Positions 28,596 through 37,203 of a DNA stretch of 64,000 bases are shown here, piece after piece; position 1 is the first letter of the stretch, and each line of letters starts with the position of its first letter. The DNA is taken from the NCBI GenBank assembly GCA_963850305.1, contig CAWKKR010000004.1, positions 32,001 to 96,000 of the forward strand. Direction: 5' to 3'. The notes under the pieces were generated by a model. It was not told the origin of the DNA. It did no database searches and was given only the letters and a program-made list of their open reading frames with translations. The stretch comes from an uncultured delta proteobacterium (lineage in GTDB: Bacteria > Myxococcota_A > Polyangia > Polyangiales > Polyangiaceae). The translations under genes were made by a program, and so were the position numbers.

Positions 28596-31253
28596 TCAGG
28601 CTCCCTCCGCTTCCACGAGCTCCGAGACGTATGGACGAAAGTTGGCTTTCTCGGTCCCGCAATCTGGACAACGAAAGCTGTCGTCGAGCGCGTCGAAGGG
28701 CGTGCGCGCCTGGATTTCCGGCGTGCCCTTGGACTCGTCGTAGACGTAGTAGCAGCCCCGACAGATGAAGGTTCCTCGGCCGGGTCGAGGCGGGGTGGGC
28801 GCGGGTAAGTCGCCCGCCGACGCATCGAGATCCGGGACCGTGACTCGATCGCCGACGACGACCTTGCCGCCCGTGCGAGCGACGAGGTAGACCCCGAGAT
28901 CTTTGTGGCCGAACGTTTTTCGGAGCGAGCCGGGGATGTCCATGTCCCGCTCGGCGGTGATCGGGTTGACGTTGGTGGCCCCGCAGCGCCCGTTGCGACG
29001 GTCGACGCGAAAAAGGACGTCGCCGAACAGGATGTCGCTGCCGACCCAATCGAATTCCTCCCAGGGTCGCACTCCATCGATGTAGAAGTTCGCCCGAAAG
29101 CGGTATGGGTCGATCTTGCGTCGCCACGCGGCCTCGAGGGTGCGGAGGGTCGCGAGGTTGATGCAGGAAATGACATTGTCCGGCTTGTCCATGAAGTGGC
29201 CATTCGGCAGGTGAACGAGCCTCGGCCCGCCGCGGGGTGACGGGATTTGCTCGGCGAAGAACAGCTCGACCGCGTCCCTGCCCTCCCGGCTCTGGAGATC
29301 GGCGCTGAGCAGAATCTCGGTGCGAGGGGTGTCACCATTGGACGCGCCGTTGGATCGCGACACGGTGAGCCGCATCGTCCGGGGATCGACGTGCGTTTGA
29401 ACGCGCGCCAGCTCCTCTTCCAGCATGAGCATCAGGAACAACCCCTTTTTCGCCCACCGGGGAGCGTCCGGGGCCATCGGCACCCCCGGCCGCGTCAGCG
29501 CAAACACTCGGTCGAACGGAAACGGTTTCCCCGCTTCGAGAACCACACCCCGCAAGGGCTCCGGGCTCAGACCTTTGATGGGGTAACGGCAAATCCCCCG
29601 GACGATGCGCATCGGCGTCGACTCCTCTCTCGTTCTCTTGTTCCGCGCCCGCAGCGAGATCGTGCGGATGGCGGGTTGCTGGCGCAGCAGAAGCGCCCGC
29701 CGTTTCGACTTTCTCAGGGGCGCGAGCGGCCGCCTCCGAGGCAAAGGCTCGTCGAGGAGTAGCTCGCGGATGAACTCGTGGTGATCGTCCAGTGTGTCGT
29801 CGACGGCATCGGAGAGACGCAAGATGCCCTGCTCGATCTGCTTGGGCGAGAGACCCGCGTAGCCGAGAAGGAGGCTCCGCCGCATCAGCGTCGAGGATGC
29901 CTGCTCGCACACGCCGGCCGACCCGAGCGAATACACCCCGACTCGATGACGTCGCGCAAGCTCTTCGAGCCGCGGAGCCTCTGGGACACCGGCGGGAAGT
30001 TGCCAGAGCACGTGCAGCCCGCTCGCCTCGCCGCTCGTCTCGACGCGGCCGAAATGACGTCTGAGCGCGTTCAGGAGAGCGTCGCGGCTGTCTCTGTACT
30101 GCGCTCGACTTCGCATCAGGTGAGCCGCGTAGCTCCCGCCACGGATGAGCTCCGCGAGCGCCGCCTGATCGAGCCAGGGGCTCCCGCCGTTGACCAGCCT
30201 CTTCACGGCGCAGAGCCCGTCGACCAGGCTCGGCGGCGCGACGACGTAGCCGATCCGGAGGCCGGGGCCGAGGGTAGTCGAGAACGTGCCGAGATGGATC
30301 GTACAGTCGGGTGCCATGCCCGCCAGAGCCTGCAGCGGCGAGCCGTCGTAATGAAAGTCGCCGTCGTAGTCATCCTCGATCAGGTACGTGCCGTGCCGCC
30401 GTGCCCACGCGATGACCTCCCTGCGGCGTGCTGCGGACAGGGCATGGCCGGTCGGGTACTGGTGCGCTGGCGTCAGATACAGGAGCGCCGCGGGTTCGTT
30501 CGGGAGGCGGGACGTCATGAGTCCGTCTTCGTCGACGCGAACGCCCAGAAGACGTGCTCCCGTTGCTTCGAAAGCCAGCGACGCGCCCTCATAACACGGG
30601 TCTTCCACGACGACCGTGCGGTCCGGCGACAGGAACAGGCGCGCGATCAGGCTGAGCCCTTCCTGAATGCCGAGGACGATCAGGATCTGCTCGGGGTCGG
30701 CCACGATGCCGCGGCTCATCGAGACGTGCGCGGCGATCGCGGAGCGGAGTACGTACAGACCGCCGGGCGCTCCATGCTCGGAGAGCCCCGCCGCACCGCG
30801 ATACGAGAGGCAGCCTTGCAACAAGCGTCGCCAGGTCTTCTGGGGAAAGAGCTCGCGGTTCGGGCGTCCTGGGGCGAAATCGTAGAGCGTACGCTGTCGA
30901 TCCGCCTCGATGCGCTTCGGCGCGCGGAGGAATGTCGGTGCCGGCATCGACGTCGCGGCGGCGGGTAGGCCCGAAGTCCCCGCCGTGGCAACGACCGCAC
31001 TATGCCGGGGACCTAGCGTTGCAAAGAACCCCGATGCGGCTCGCGACTCCACCAGGCCCTCGTCCAGCAAGGTTTCGTAGGCGCGCACGACCGTGTTCCG
31101 ACTCAGGCTGAGCTGCTCCGAGAACTGACGCGAAGAGGGCAGGCGAGCTCCGGGTGGCACCCGACCTTGTCGGATCGCGTCTCGCAGCTCATCGGCGAGC
31201 TGCCGGGCGAGCGGTCGAGGCGACGAGCGATCGAGGCCAACCGGAATTCGCAT
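28596..31253 (-). CDS. MocR/GabR-family regulator fused to MOSC and rubredoxin domains
   Basis: GntR HTH (LPSSRQFSEQLSLSRNTVVRAY), AAT-fold (LTPAHQYPTG, IEDDYDGDF), MOSC (RYPIKGLS, FDRVFAL, RFRAN, RCGATNVNP), rubredoxin (CRGCYYVYD...CPDC). Confidence 0.92.
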   Translation of the reverse strand: MRIPVGLDRSSPRPLARQLADELRDAIRQGRVPPGARLPSSRQFSEQLSLSRNTVVRAYETLLDEGLVESRAASGFFATLGPRHSAVVATAGTSGLPAAATSMPAPTFLRAPKRIEADRQRTLYDFAPGRPNRELFPQKTWRRLLQGCLSYRGAAGLSEHGAPGGLYVLRSAIAAHVSMSRGIVADPEQILIVLGIQEGLSLIARLFLSPDRTVVVEDPCYEGASLAFEATGARLLGVRVDEDGLMTSRLPNEPAALLYLTPAHQYPTGHALSAARRREVIAWARRHGTYLIEDDYDGDFHYDGSPLQALAGMAPDCTIHLGTFSTTLGPGLRIGYVVAPPSLVDGLCAVKRLVNGGSPWLDQAALAELIRGGSYAAHLMRSRAQYRDSRDALLNALRRHFGRVETSGEASGLHVLWQLPAGVPEAPRLEELARRHRVGVYSLGSAGVCEQASSTLMRRSLLLGYAGLSPKQIEQGILRLSDAVDDTLDDHHEFIRELLLDEPLPRRRPLAPLRKSKRRALLLRQQPAIRTISLRARNKRTREESTPMRIVRGICRYPIKGLSPEPLRGVVLEAGKPFPFDRVFALTRPGVPMAPDAPRWAKKGLFLMLMLEEELARVQTHVDPRTMRLTVSRSNGASNGDTPRTEILLSADLQSREGRDAVELFFAEQIPSPRGGPRLVHLPNGHFMDKPDNVISCINLATLRTLEAAWRRKIDPYRFRANFYIDGVRPWEEFDWVGSDILFGDVLFRVDRRNGRCGATNVNPITAERDMDIPGSLRKTFGHKDLGVYLVARTGGKVVVGDRVTVPDLDASAGDLPAPTPPRPGRGTFICRGCYYVYDESKGTPEIQARTPFDALDDSFRCPDCGTEKANFRPYVSELVEAEGA

Positions 31254-31289
31254 GGGGGTCCTCGAGGGTAAGACCCGCTTCGTTTCGGC

Positions 31290-32543
31290 TCAGTTGCGGA
31301 CGCTCACCTTCATCCCCTTGTTCTCCGGCAAGTACGGGCTGTAAGGGTTCGGCACGATCGGCTGGCTGCGGTAGACGACCTGGAACTGGCCGTCCCCGCG
31401 AATCTCGCCGATCATGACCGGCTTGGTCAGGTGGTGATTCGCGTTCATCGTGACCGTGTATCCGGTGGGTGACACGACCGTTTGTCCGATCATGGCCTTT
31501 CGGACGGCGTCGACGTTGGTTGTCCCGGCCTTCTTCACCGCCTGGGCCCACATGTTGAAGAGGAGATAGGCCGATTCCATCGGGTCGTTCGTCACGGCCT
31601 TCGGGTCGTGGATGTAGGCGTGCCAGTGGTCGACGAAGACCTTGTTTTCCGGTGTCTTCAGCGATTCGAAGTAGCTCCAGGCCGCCATGTGCCCGACGAG
31701 GGGCTTCGTGTCGATTCCCTTGAGCTCCTCTTCCCCGACCGAGAACGCAATGACTGGAATGTCGGTGGCCTTGACGCCCTGGTTCGCCAGCTCCTTGTAG
31801 AAAGGAACATTCGCGTCGCCGTTGATGGTCGAGATCACCACGGTAGGCTTCCCGCTCGCGAATCGCTTGATCGCGCCGACCTCGGTCTGCCAGTCCGAAA
31901 AGGCGAACGGCGTGTAGTTCTCCCGGATGTCGGCGTCGGCAACGCCTCTGTATTTCAGATAGGCGCGGATGATCTTGTTGCTCGTACGCGGATAGACGTA
32001 GTCCGTCCCTTCGAGCACGAACCGCTTCATCCCGCCACCCCTCTCGCTCATCAACCAGTCGATGGCGGGGATCGCCTTGTTGTCGGGGACCGATCCTCCG
32101 TAGAAGATGTTGCGCGAGCTCTCTTCTCCCTCGTACTCGAGCGGATAGAACAGGAGGCCATTCAGCTCCTCGAAAACCGGCAGCACCGACTTTCTCGAAA
32201 CGGAGGTCCAGCATCCGAAGACGGCGGCCACCTTCTCGCGCTCGAGCAGGTCCCGCGCCTTTTCCGCGAACAGCGGCCAATTCGAAGCGGGGTCGACGAC
32301 GACGGGCACGATCTGCTTTCCTAGAAGACCTCCCTTCGCGTTGAGGTCGGCCACCTGCATCAACATGAAGTTCTTCAGAATCGTCTCGCTGATCGCCATC
32401 GTTCCGGAGAGCGAGTGCAAGATGCCGATCTTGATGGTGCCCTCCGCGCGGGCTACCCCCGTTCCGAAGGGGGAAAGGCCGACCAAAAGTATGGCGGCGA
32501 GCCCGGTGAGTGATTGAATCCAAAGACGGCGTGACTTGTTCAT
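31290..32543 (-). CDS. urtA: Urea/short-amide ABC substrate-binding protein
   Basis: KIGILHSLSGTMAISE, DPASNWPLFAEKA, FGCWTSVSRKSV, GTDYVYPR, STINGDAN; AAAGGA RBS; RR-containing signal peptide. Confidence 0.92.
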   Translation of the reverse strand: MNKSRRLWIQSLTGLAAILLVGLSPFGTGVARAEGTIKIGILHSLSGTMAISETILKNFMLMQVADLNAKGGLLGKQIVPVVVDPASNWPLFAEKARDLLEREKVAAVFGCWTSVSRKSVLPVFEELNGLLFYPLEYEGEESSRNIFYGGSVPDNKAIPAIDWLMSERGGGMKRFVLEGTDYVYPRTSNKIIRAYLKYRGVADADIRENYTPFAFSDWQTEVGAIKRFASGKPTVVISTINGDANVPFYKELANQGVKATDIPVIAFSVGEEELKGIDTKPLVGHMAAWSYFESLKTPENKVFVDHWHAYIHDPKAVTNDPMESAYLLFNMWAQAVKKAGTTNVDAVRKAMIGQTVVSPTGYTVTMNANHHLTKPVMIGEIRGDGQFQVVYRSQPIVPNPYSPYLPENKGMKVSVRN

Positions 32544-32660
32544 CGGTGTTTCCTTTGCGAGTCTTCGACGTACGCTCAGCCGCGATGGCCTCACGCGCCG
32601 CTCTCGCGGTTGCTGAGCCCGATGACTCCGATGCTATCGAGCGCGCGCCTGCCTCACCGA

Positions 32661-32690
32661 GAGCCAACTCGGGAATATTTGTAGGAGCCA
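32661..32690 (-). promoter_or_regulatory. Candidate MocR-type operator: TGGCTC direct repeat, 24-nt period, AT-rich spacer
   Basis: GAGCCA at 32661-32666 and 32685-32690 around GAATATTTGTA, about 120 nt upstream of urtA. Confidence 0.4.
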
Positions 32691-32746
32691 GTCACCGCGA
32701 TCGCGCGACGAGCCGAAAAGAACCGATGTTTCGCGACCGCTTCGGT

Positions 32747-32827
32747 CTCGATCGGGGTGTCTGTTCCGTCACGGCGGAGCTCGAGGCCGGCTATGTCCAG
32801 TTCGAAGCCGTCGAACGCGTACCTAAT
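32747..32827 (-). pseudogene. N-terminal relic of an OmpR/CadC-type winged-helix regulator
   Basis: IRYAFDGFELDIAGLELRRDGTDTPIE, after which similarity stops. Confidence 0.5.
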
Positions 32828-33028
32828 ACGAGGGGCTACCGTCCTCTCGGGAGAAGCCGCAGCAACGGCCGCATGGCAGGCAACAATGGGTCCACCGCTA
32901 CGACCCGGGTTTCGTCGTGGGGCCCGACGGTGGCGCCACTGGCGCAACCCGCCGTCTGTTGCCGCTGGCGGCAGGGAGGCGTCTGACCCGTTTGACGGAG
33001 CCGGGACGCGACGCTATCCGGGTGGACG

Positions 33029-33904
33029 ATGCCGGCTCTAGCCGTGACGACTGCGGATGGCCCCTCGCGCGATACGGGACTGTTTGGCCCGGGGAGCATG
33101 ACGTGGCGCGTCCACTCGAGTCCCGCGATGCTGGTCGGCGGAATGCGGGCGCTGATCATCCAGTCGCTCCATCCACTGGCGATGGCCGGCGTCGCGCAAC
33201 ACAGCGATTACCGGACGCGAGGAGCGTACCGGCTACGGCGCACGGTGCGCTACGTGCTGACGGTGACGTTCGGGGACACCGCGTCCGCGGAAGCCGCCGG
33301 CGCGGTCGTCCGGAAGGTTCATGAGCGCATTCACGGGACGGATCCCGTGACGGGCAGAGCTTACAGCGCGACCGACCCCGAAACCCTGCTCTGGGTCCAT
33401 TGCGTGGAAGTGCATTCGTTCCTGACGGCGTATCGCGCGTACGCCGGTCCGTTGTCGCCGGAAGAACGCGACCAGTACTTCGCGGAGAGTGCACGCTCGG
33501 CCGTCCTGGTCGGCATTCCGCGCGAGCGCGTGCCGCGCAACTCGGCCGAGATGCGCGCGTACTTCGCGCGCGTGAGGCCATCCTTGTGTCTGTCGCAGTC
33601 GGCCCTGGACGCGATCCGGTTCATCGTGTGGCCGCCTCTGTCTCGAAAGCGGCTCGCGCTCGCCGCGTGGATGCGCGCAGTGGGCACGGCTGCGGTCGGA
33701 CTGGTGCCGGCGCACCTCCGCGAGCTCGCCGGACTCACGCGCCCCTGGCTCGTCGACGCCGCGACGTTCGCGAGCGCGCGTGCGGCGACCTTGCCGGTCG
33801 CGCTGGCTCTCGGCATCCCGTCCGCAGAACACCGGAACATCGAGCGGCTGAGACGATTCGCGGGGGAACATCCGTTCGCGCAGCACCCCCACCGGGCCCC
33901 GTGA
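33029..33904 (+). CDS. Oxygenase MpaB / DUF2236 family protein
   Basis: GLFGPGSMTWRVH, LIIQSLHPLAMAGVAQHS, VRKVHERIHG, YSATDPETLLWVH. Confidence 0.88.
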   Translation: MPALAVTTADGPSRDTGLFGPGSMTWRVHSSPAMLVGGMRALIIQSLHPLAMAGVAQHSDYRTRGAYRLRRTVRYVLTVTFGDTASAEAAGAVVRKVHERIHGTDPVTGRAYSATDPETLLWVHCVEVHSFLTAYRAYAGPLSPEERDQYFAESARSAVLVGIPRERVPRNSAEMRAYFARVRPSLCLSQSALDAIRFIVWPPLSRKRLALAAWMRAVGTAAVGLVPAHLRELAGLTRPWLVDAATFASARAATLPVALALGIPSAEHRNIERLRRFAGEHPFAQHPHRAP

Positions 33905-34563
33905 GCCGGCGGGGCAACGCCGCGTTTCGCTGCGGGCGGTGCCGTCTGCACGGGAGCCTGTGCATCTGTGCGCTCATCCCGCGACTCGAGACGCGAACGC
34001 GGCTCGTGCTCGTCATTCATCGGTTCGAGGATCGGAAACCGACGAACACGGGGCGCCTCGCGACGGAGTGCTTGCCGAACAGCGAAGTCATCATGCGCGG
34101 CGTGGAAGCCCGCGCGCGAGAATGCTTCGTGCCTTTGACGGATTCTCTGCCGCTCCTGCTCTTCCCGTTCGGGAACGCGACGCCGATCACGCGGTTTGCA
34201 AACACCTCCGAACCGGTGACACTGGTGGTCCCCGACGGCAACTGGCGACAGGCGTCGAAGATCCCGAAGCGTGTGCCCGGCCTGCGGGACGTGCCTTGTG
34301 TGTCGCTCCCACCCGGTCCGCCGTCGCTCTACCGCCTCAGGGCCGAAGCGCACGAGACTGGACTGTCGACGCTGGAAGCCATCGCTCGCGCACTCGGTAT
34401 CCTCGAGGGCGCAGAGGTGCAGCGGGCCCTCGAACACGTGTTCCTGGCCATGGTCGAGCGCACTCTATGGGCGCGCGGCAGTGTCGCGACCGATGCCGTC
34501 ACGGGAGGCGTTCCCGACGGCGCGCGCCGACACGATCCGAGGAGCGGCCTCGCGCGGGCCTGA
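33901..34563 (+). CDS. DTW-domain tRNA-uridine aminocarboxypropyltransferase
   Basis: CGRC..LCIC, KPTNTG, LLFP, DGNWRQA, LSTLEA; GTGA overlap with the upstream gene. Confidence 0.88.
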   Translation: MSRRGNAAFRCGRCRLHGSLCICALIPRLETRTRLVLVIHRFEDRKPTNTGRLATECLPNSEVIMRGVEARARECFVPLTDSLPLLLFPFGNATPITRFANTSEPVTLVVPDGNWRQASKIPKRVPGLRDVPCVSLPPGPPSLYRLRAEAHETGLSTLEAIARALGILEGAEVQRALEHVFLAMVERTLWARGSVATDAVTGGVPDGARRHDPRSGLARA

Positions 34564-34631
34564 CGGACCGCGCTCCGGTGACTCGCGGCTTGCCTCCTCG
34601 CCGTACGGACCGTAGACGGCAGCGGAGGCCG

Positions 34632-36353
34632 ATGAGCTCCCTCGCCACGTCCGTGCCGCTCGGTCTCCGGGTCCTGCTCGGAGCCATCGCGCTCACGGCA
34701 TGCGGTCATGCACGCACCCCATCGCCTACGCTAGAGGCGAAGCCGGTAACGATTTCCATCTTCGCGACCAACGACGTGCACGGACAGCTCGACAGGCTGA
34801 GGTACCTCGGCGGATTCATCGACAACCTGCGAAAGACGCGCTCGAAAGACGGCGGGGTGCTCCTGGTGGATGCCGGGGACGTGTTTCAGGGAACCCTGGA
34901 GTCGAGCCTCGACGAGGGAGCGGCCGCGATCCGCGCCTACGATGCGATGGGCTACGCCGCGATGGCGCTCGGCAATCACGAATTCGACTTCGGACCGGTC
35001 GGGCCCGCATCGATCCCCGGTCCGGGGGAGGAGCCGCACGGAGCGCTCGAGAGGCGCATCGAGGAAGCGCACTTTCCCGTCCTCTCGGCGAATCTCGAGG
35101 ATTCATCCGGCAAGCTGCCACCGTGGAAGAACCTCGCCGCGTCTACCATCGTGACCGTAGCGGGTCTCAGGATCGGCATCATCGGGCTTCTCACCGAGAC
35201 GGCGCCCCAGGTCATCAAGCGCGCCAACTTCAGCGATCTCCACGTTTCGCCTCTGACGTTCGCCGCGGCTCGCGAGGCGGTGCTGCTCCGGCACGCGGGT
35301 GTGGACCTCGTGGTCGTGGTCGCGCACGCGGGCGGCGAGTGCCGGAAGTTCGGCGACCCGAACGACCTCTCGAGCTGCGACCCCGGGAGCGAAATCTTCC
35401 GGTTTGCGCGGGCCCTGCCGAAGGGCCTCGTGAACGTCATCGTGGGCGGCCACCGCAACGCGGCCGTCGCCCAGATCGTCGCGGGGATTCCAATCGTCCA
35501 CGCCGCGTCGAACCTGCTCGGCTTCTCGCGAGTCGACGTGTCGTTCGACGCGAAGACACGTCGCGTGATCCGCTTCGACGTGAAGGCACCGCACCCCGTC
35601 TGCACCGTCCCGGTCGAAGCCGGCTGCGCGCCGGGGGACTACGAGGGAGGGCCCGTGACCCCGGACGCGGCCGTCGGCGCAGCCGTCGCACCGGCGCTCG
35701 ACGCCGCGCGCGCTCTCAAGGAACGGAAGCTCGGCGTCAGGGTCCTCGCTCCGCTTTCGGCGGCGCGCAAGGAAGAGACCGCACTCGGAAATGCATTCGC
35801 CGACTCGATGCGCCGGGCCGTCCCGGGCGCCGATGTCGCGATCAACAACGCCGGAAGCCTGCGTGACACGCTACCCGCCGGCGAACTCACGTACGGCGAA
35901 CTCGCGCACGTGATGCCATTCGACAACCAGATGGCGCGAGTGACGGTCACGGGGGCCGAGCTGCGGGCGATCATCGGAGCGAACCTGACGGACGGAGAGC
36001 ATGGTCTGCTTTCGATATCGGGGGCCACCATCGACGCCCGATGTCGCGGGGGCCACCTCGACGTCGAGGTGAAGCATCCCGACGGCAGGGCGATCCTCGA
36101 TGACCAGCACTTGCTTCTGGTCGCGAGCGACTTCATGGCGACGGGCGGCGACGGCCTGTTCGCGGCGGCGCACGTTGCGCCAGAGCGCGCGCAACTCGAC
36201 TCGAAGACCACCGTCATCGCCGCCCTCGTCGCCGGACTCGAGCAGCACGCCACCCTCCGCCCCGACGATCCGACCCTCCTCGATCCGAAGCACCCGCGCA
36301 TGGGGTACTCCCGGCCGTTTCCGGTGCGGTGTGGACCCAGGTCCGTCAAATGA
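34632..36353 (+). CDS. Bifunctional metallophosphatase / 5'-nucleotidase lipoprotein
   Basis: Lipobox LTAC; NDVHG, DAGD.FQG, GNHEFD, GGH, NAGSLR, PFDN. Confidence 0.9.
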   Translation: MSSLATSVPLGLRVLLGAIALTACGHARTPSPTLEAKPVTISIFATNDVHGQLDRLRYLGGFIDNLRKTRSKDGGVLLVDAGDVFQGTLESSLDEGAAAIRAYDAMGYAAMALGNHEFDFGPVGPASIPGPGEEPHGALERRIEEAHFPVLSANLEDSSGKLPPWKNLAASTIVTVAGLRIGIIGLLTETAPQVIKRANFSDLHVSPLTFAAAREAVLLRHAGVDLVVVVAHAGGECRKFGDPNDLSSCDPGSEIFRFARALPKGLVNVIVGGHRNAAVAQIVAGIPIVHAASNLLGFSRVDVSFDAKTRRVIRFDVKAPHPVCTVPVEAGCAPGDYEGGPVTPDAAVGAAVAPALDAARALKERKLGVRVLAPLSAARKEETALGNAFADSMRRAVPGADVAINNAGSLRDTLPAGELTYGELAHVMPFDNQMARVTVTGAELRAIIGANLTDGEHGLLSISGATIDARCRGGHLDVEVKHPDGRAILDDQHLLLVASDFMATGGDGLFAAAHVAPERAQLDSKTTVIAALVAGLEQHATLRPDDPTLLDPKHPRMGYSRPFPVRCGPRSVK

Positions 36354-36714
36354 AGCGGTACCGGACCCCGATTAACTCATACGTCCGTCTCGCCCGCTGA
36401 TCGCAAGTGGCCAGGGTGGCGCCGGCGTGAGCCGCCGCAGCAGCGACGAGGCCGTCGTACGTGGCTCCGCCCGAAATGCCGGCCTCTGCCAGCCGGGACA
36501 CGAGTGCAGGGCACGACCGGGAAGGAAGCGAGAGCCATCCGTCCGGAAATCGGTTCGCGAGAAACGCGGCGACAATGTCGCTCGGGGCTCGATGGGGGGC
36601 CGGCAGCCGAGTGAGGACGGAATAGCATTCGAGGCCGCAGTGCGCGACGAGGCGCGCGCCATCATCGACGACGGTACGCGCGGCGGCGTGTCGTTCGTGC
36701 CAGCAACCGAACCC
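36346..36714 (-). pseudogene. PIN-domain (VapC-like) toxin lacking its N-terminus
   Basis: WHERH, ECYSVLTRLPAPHR, GGATYDGLVA, LATCDQRA; no start codon or first DTS motif. Confidence 0.7.
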
Positions 36715-36718
36715 GGGA

Positions 36719-37114
36719 TCAAATGAACCGCGCGCGTATGTCCGGAGTCGGGACGCGGCAGATGTCGCGTTTGCCGAACCACCTGTATCGATTCGCCGCG
36801 AACCACCGATAGAGCGCGTTCCGGACCGGCCGGGGAACGATGACGGCGGCGCAGATGAGCGGCCAGGCGCCGCGGAGACCCCTGGCGATCCGGAGGACCG
36901 CGGTGCTCTCCGTGAACGCCCGATCTCGCTCGACGAGCACGATGGTGCCGACATCGCTCGAGAGCCCGTGGCGGGCGCAGAGCGCCTGACCGGCGTCGGA
37001 CTGGAGCGACGCGAACTTGAACCGAGAGACCGGGTCGCGATCGATGATGAAGTTCACCGCACCGTTGCAGACGTTGCAGACGCCGTCGAAAAGCACGATG
37101 AACGGCTCGCTCAT
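36719..37114 (-). CDS. DCC-family thiol-disulfide oxidoreductase (DUF393)
   Basis: LFDGVCNVC, FASLQS, Y...A.NRY.WFG. Confidence 0.9.
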   Translation of the reverse strand: MSEPFIVLFDGVCNVCNGAVNFIIDRDPVSRFKFASLQSDAGQALCARHGLSSDVGTIVLVERDRAFTESTAVLRIARGLRGAWPLICAAVIVPRPVRNALYRWFAANRYRWFGKRDICRVPTPDIRARFI

Positions 37115-37203
37115 GGGCTCGCGACGCTTACCACGCCCATCCACGTGGCGCGCGTTGACTCGGCGAGCCGGTTGAACGAGAAGTCGCGGGCCCGGGAAAG
37201 ACC

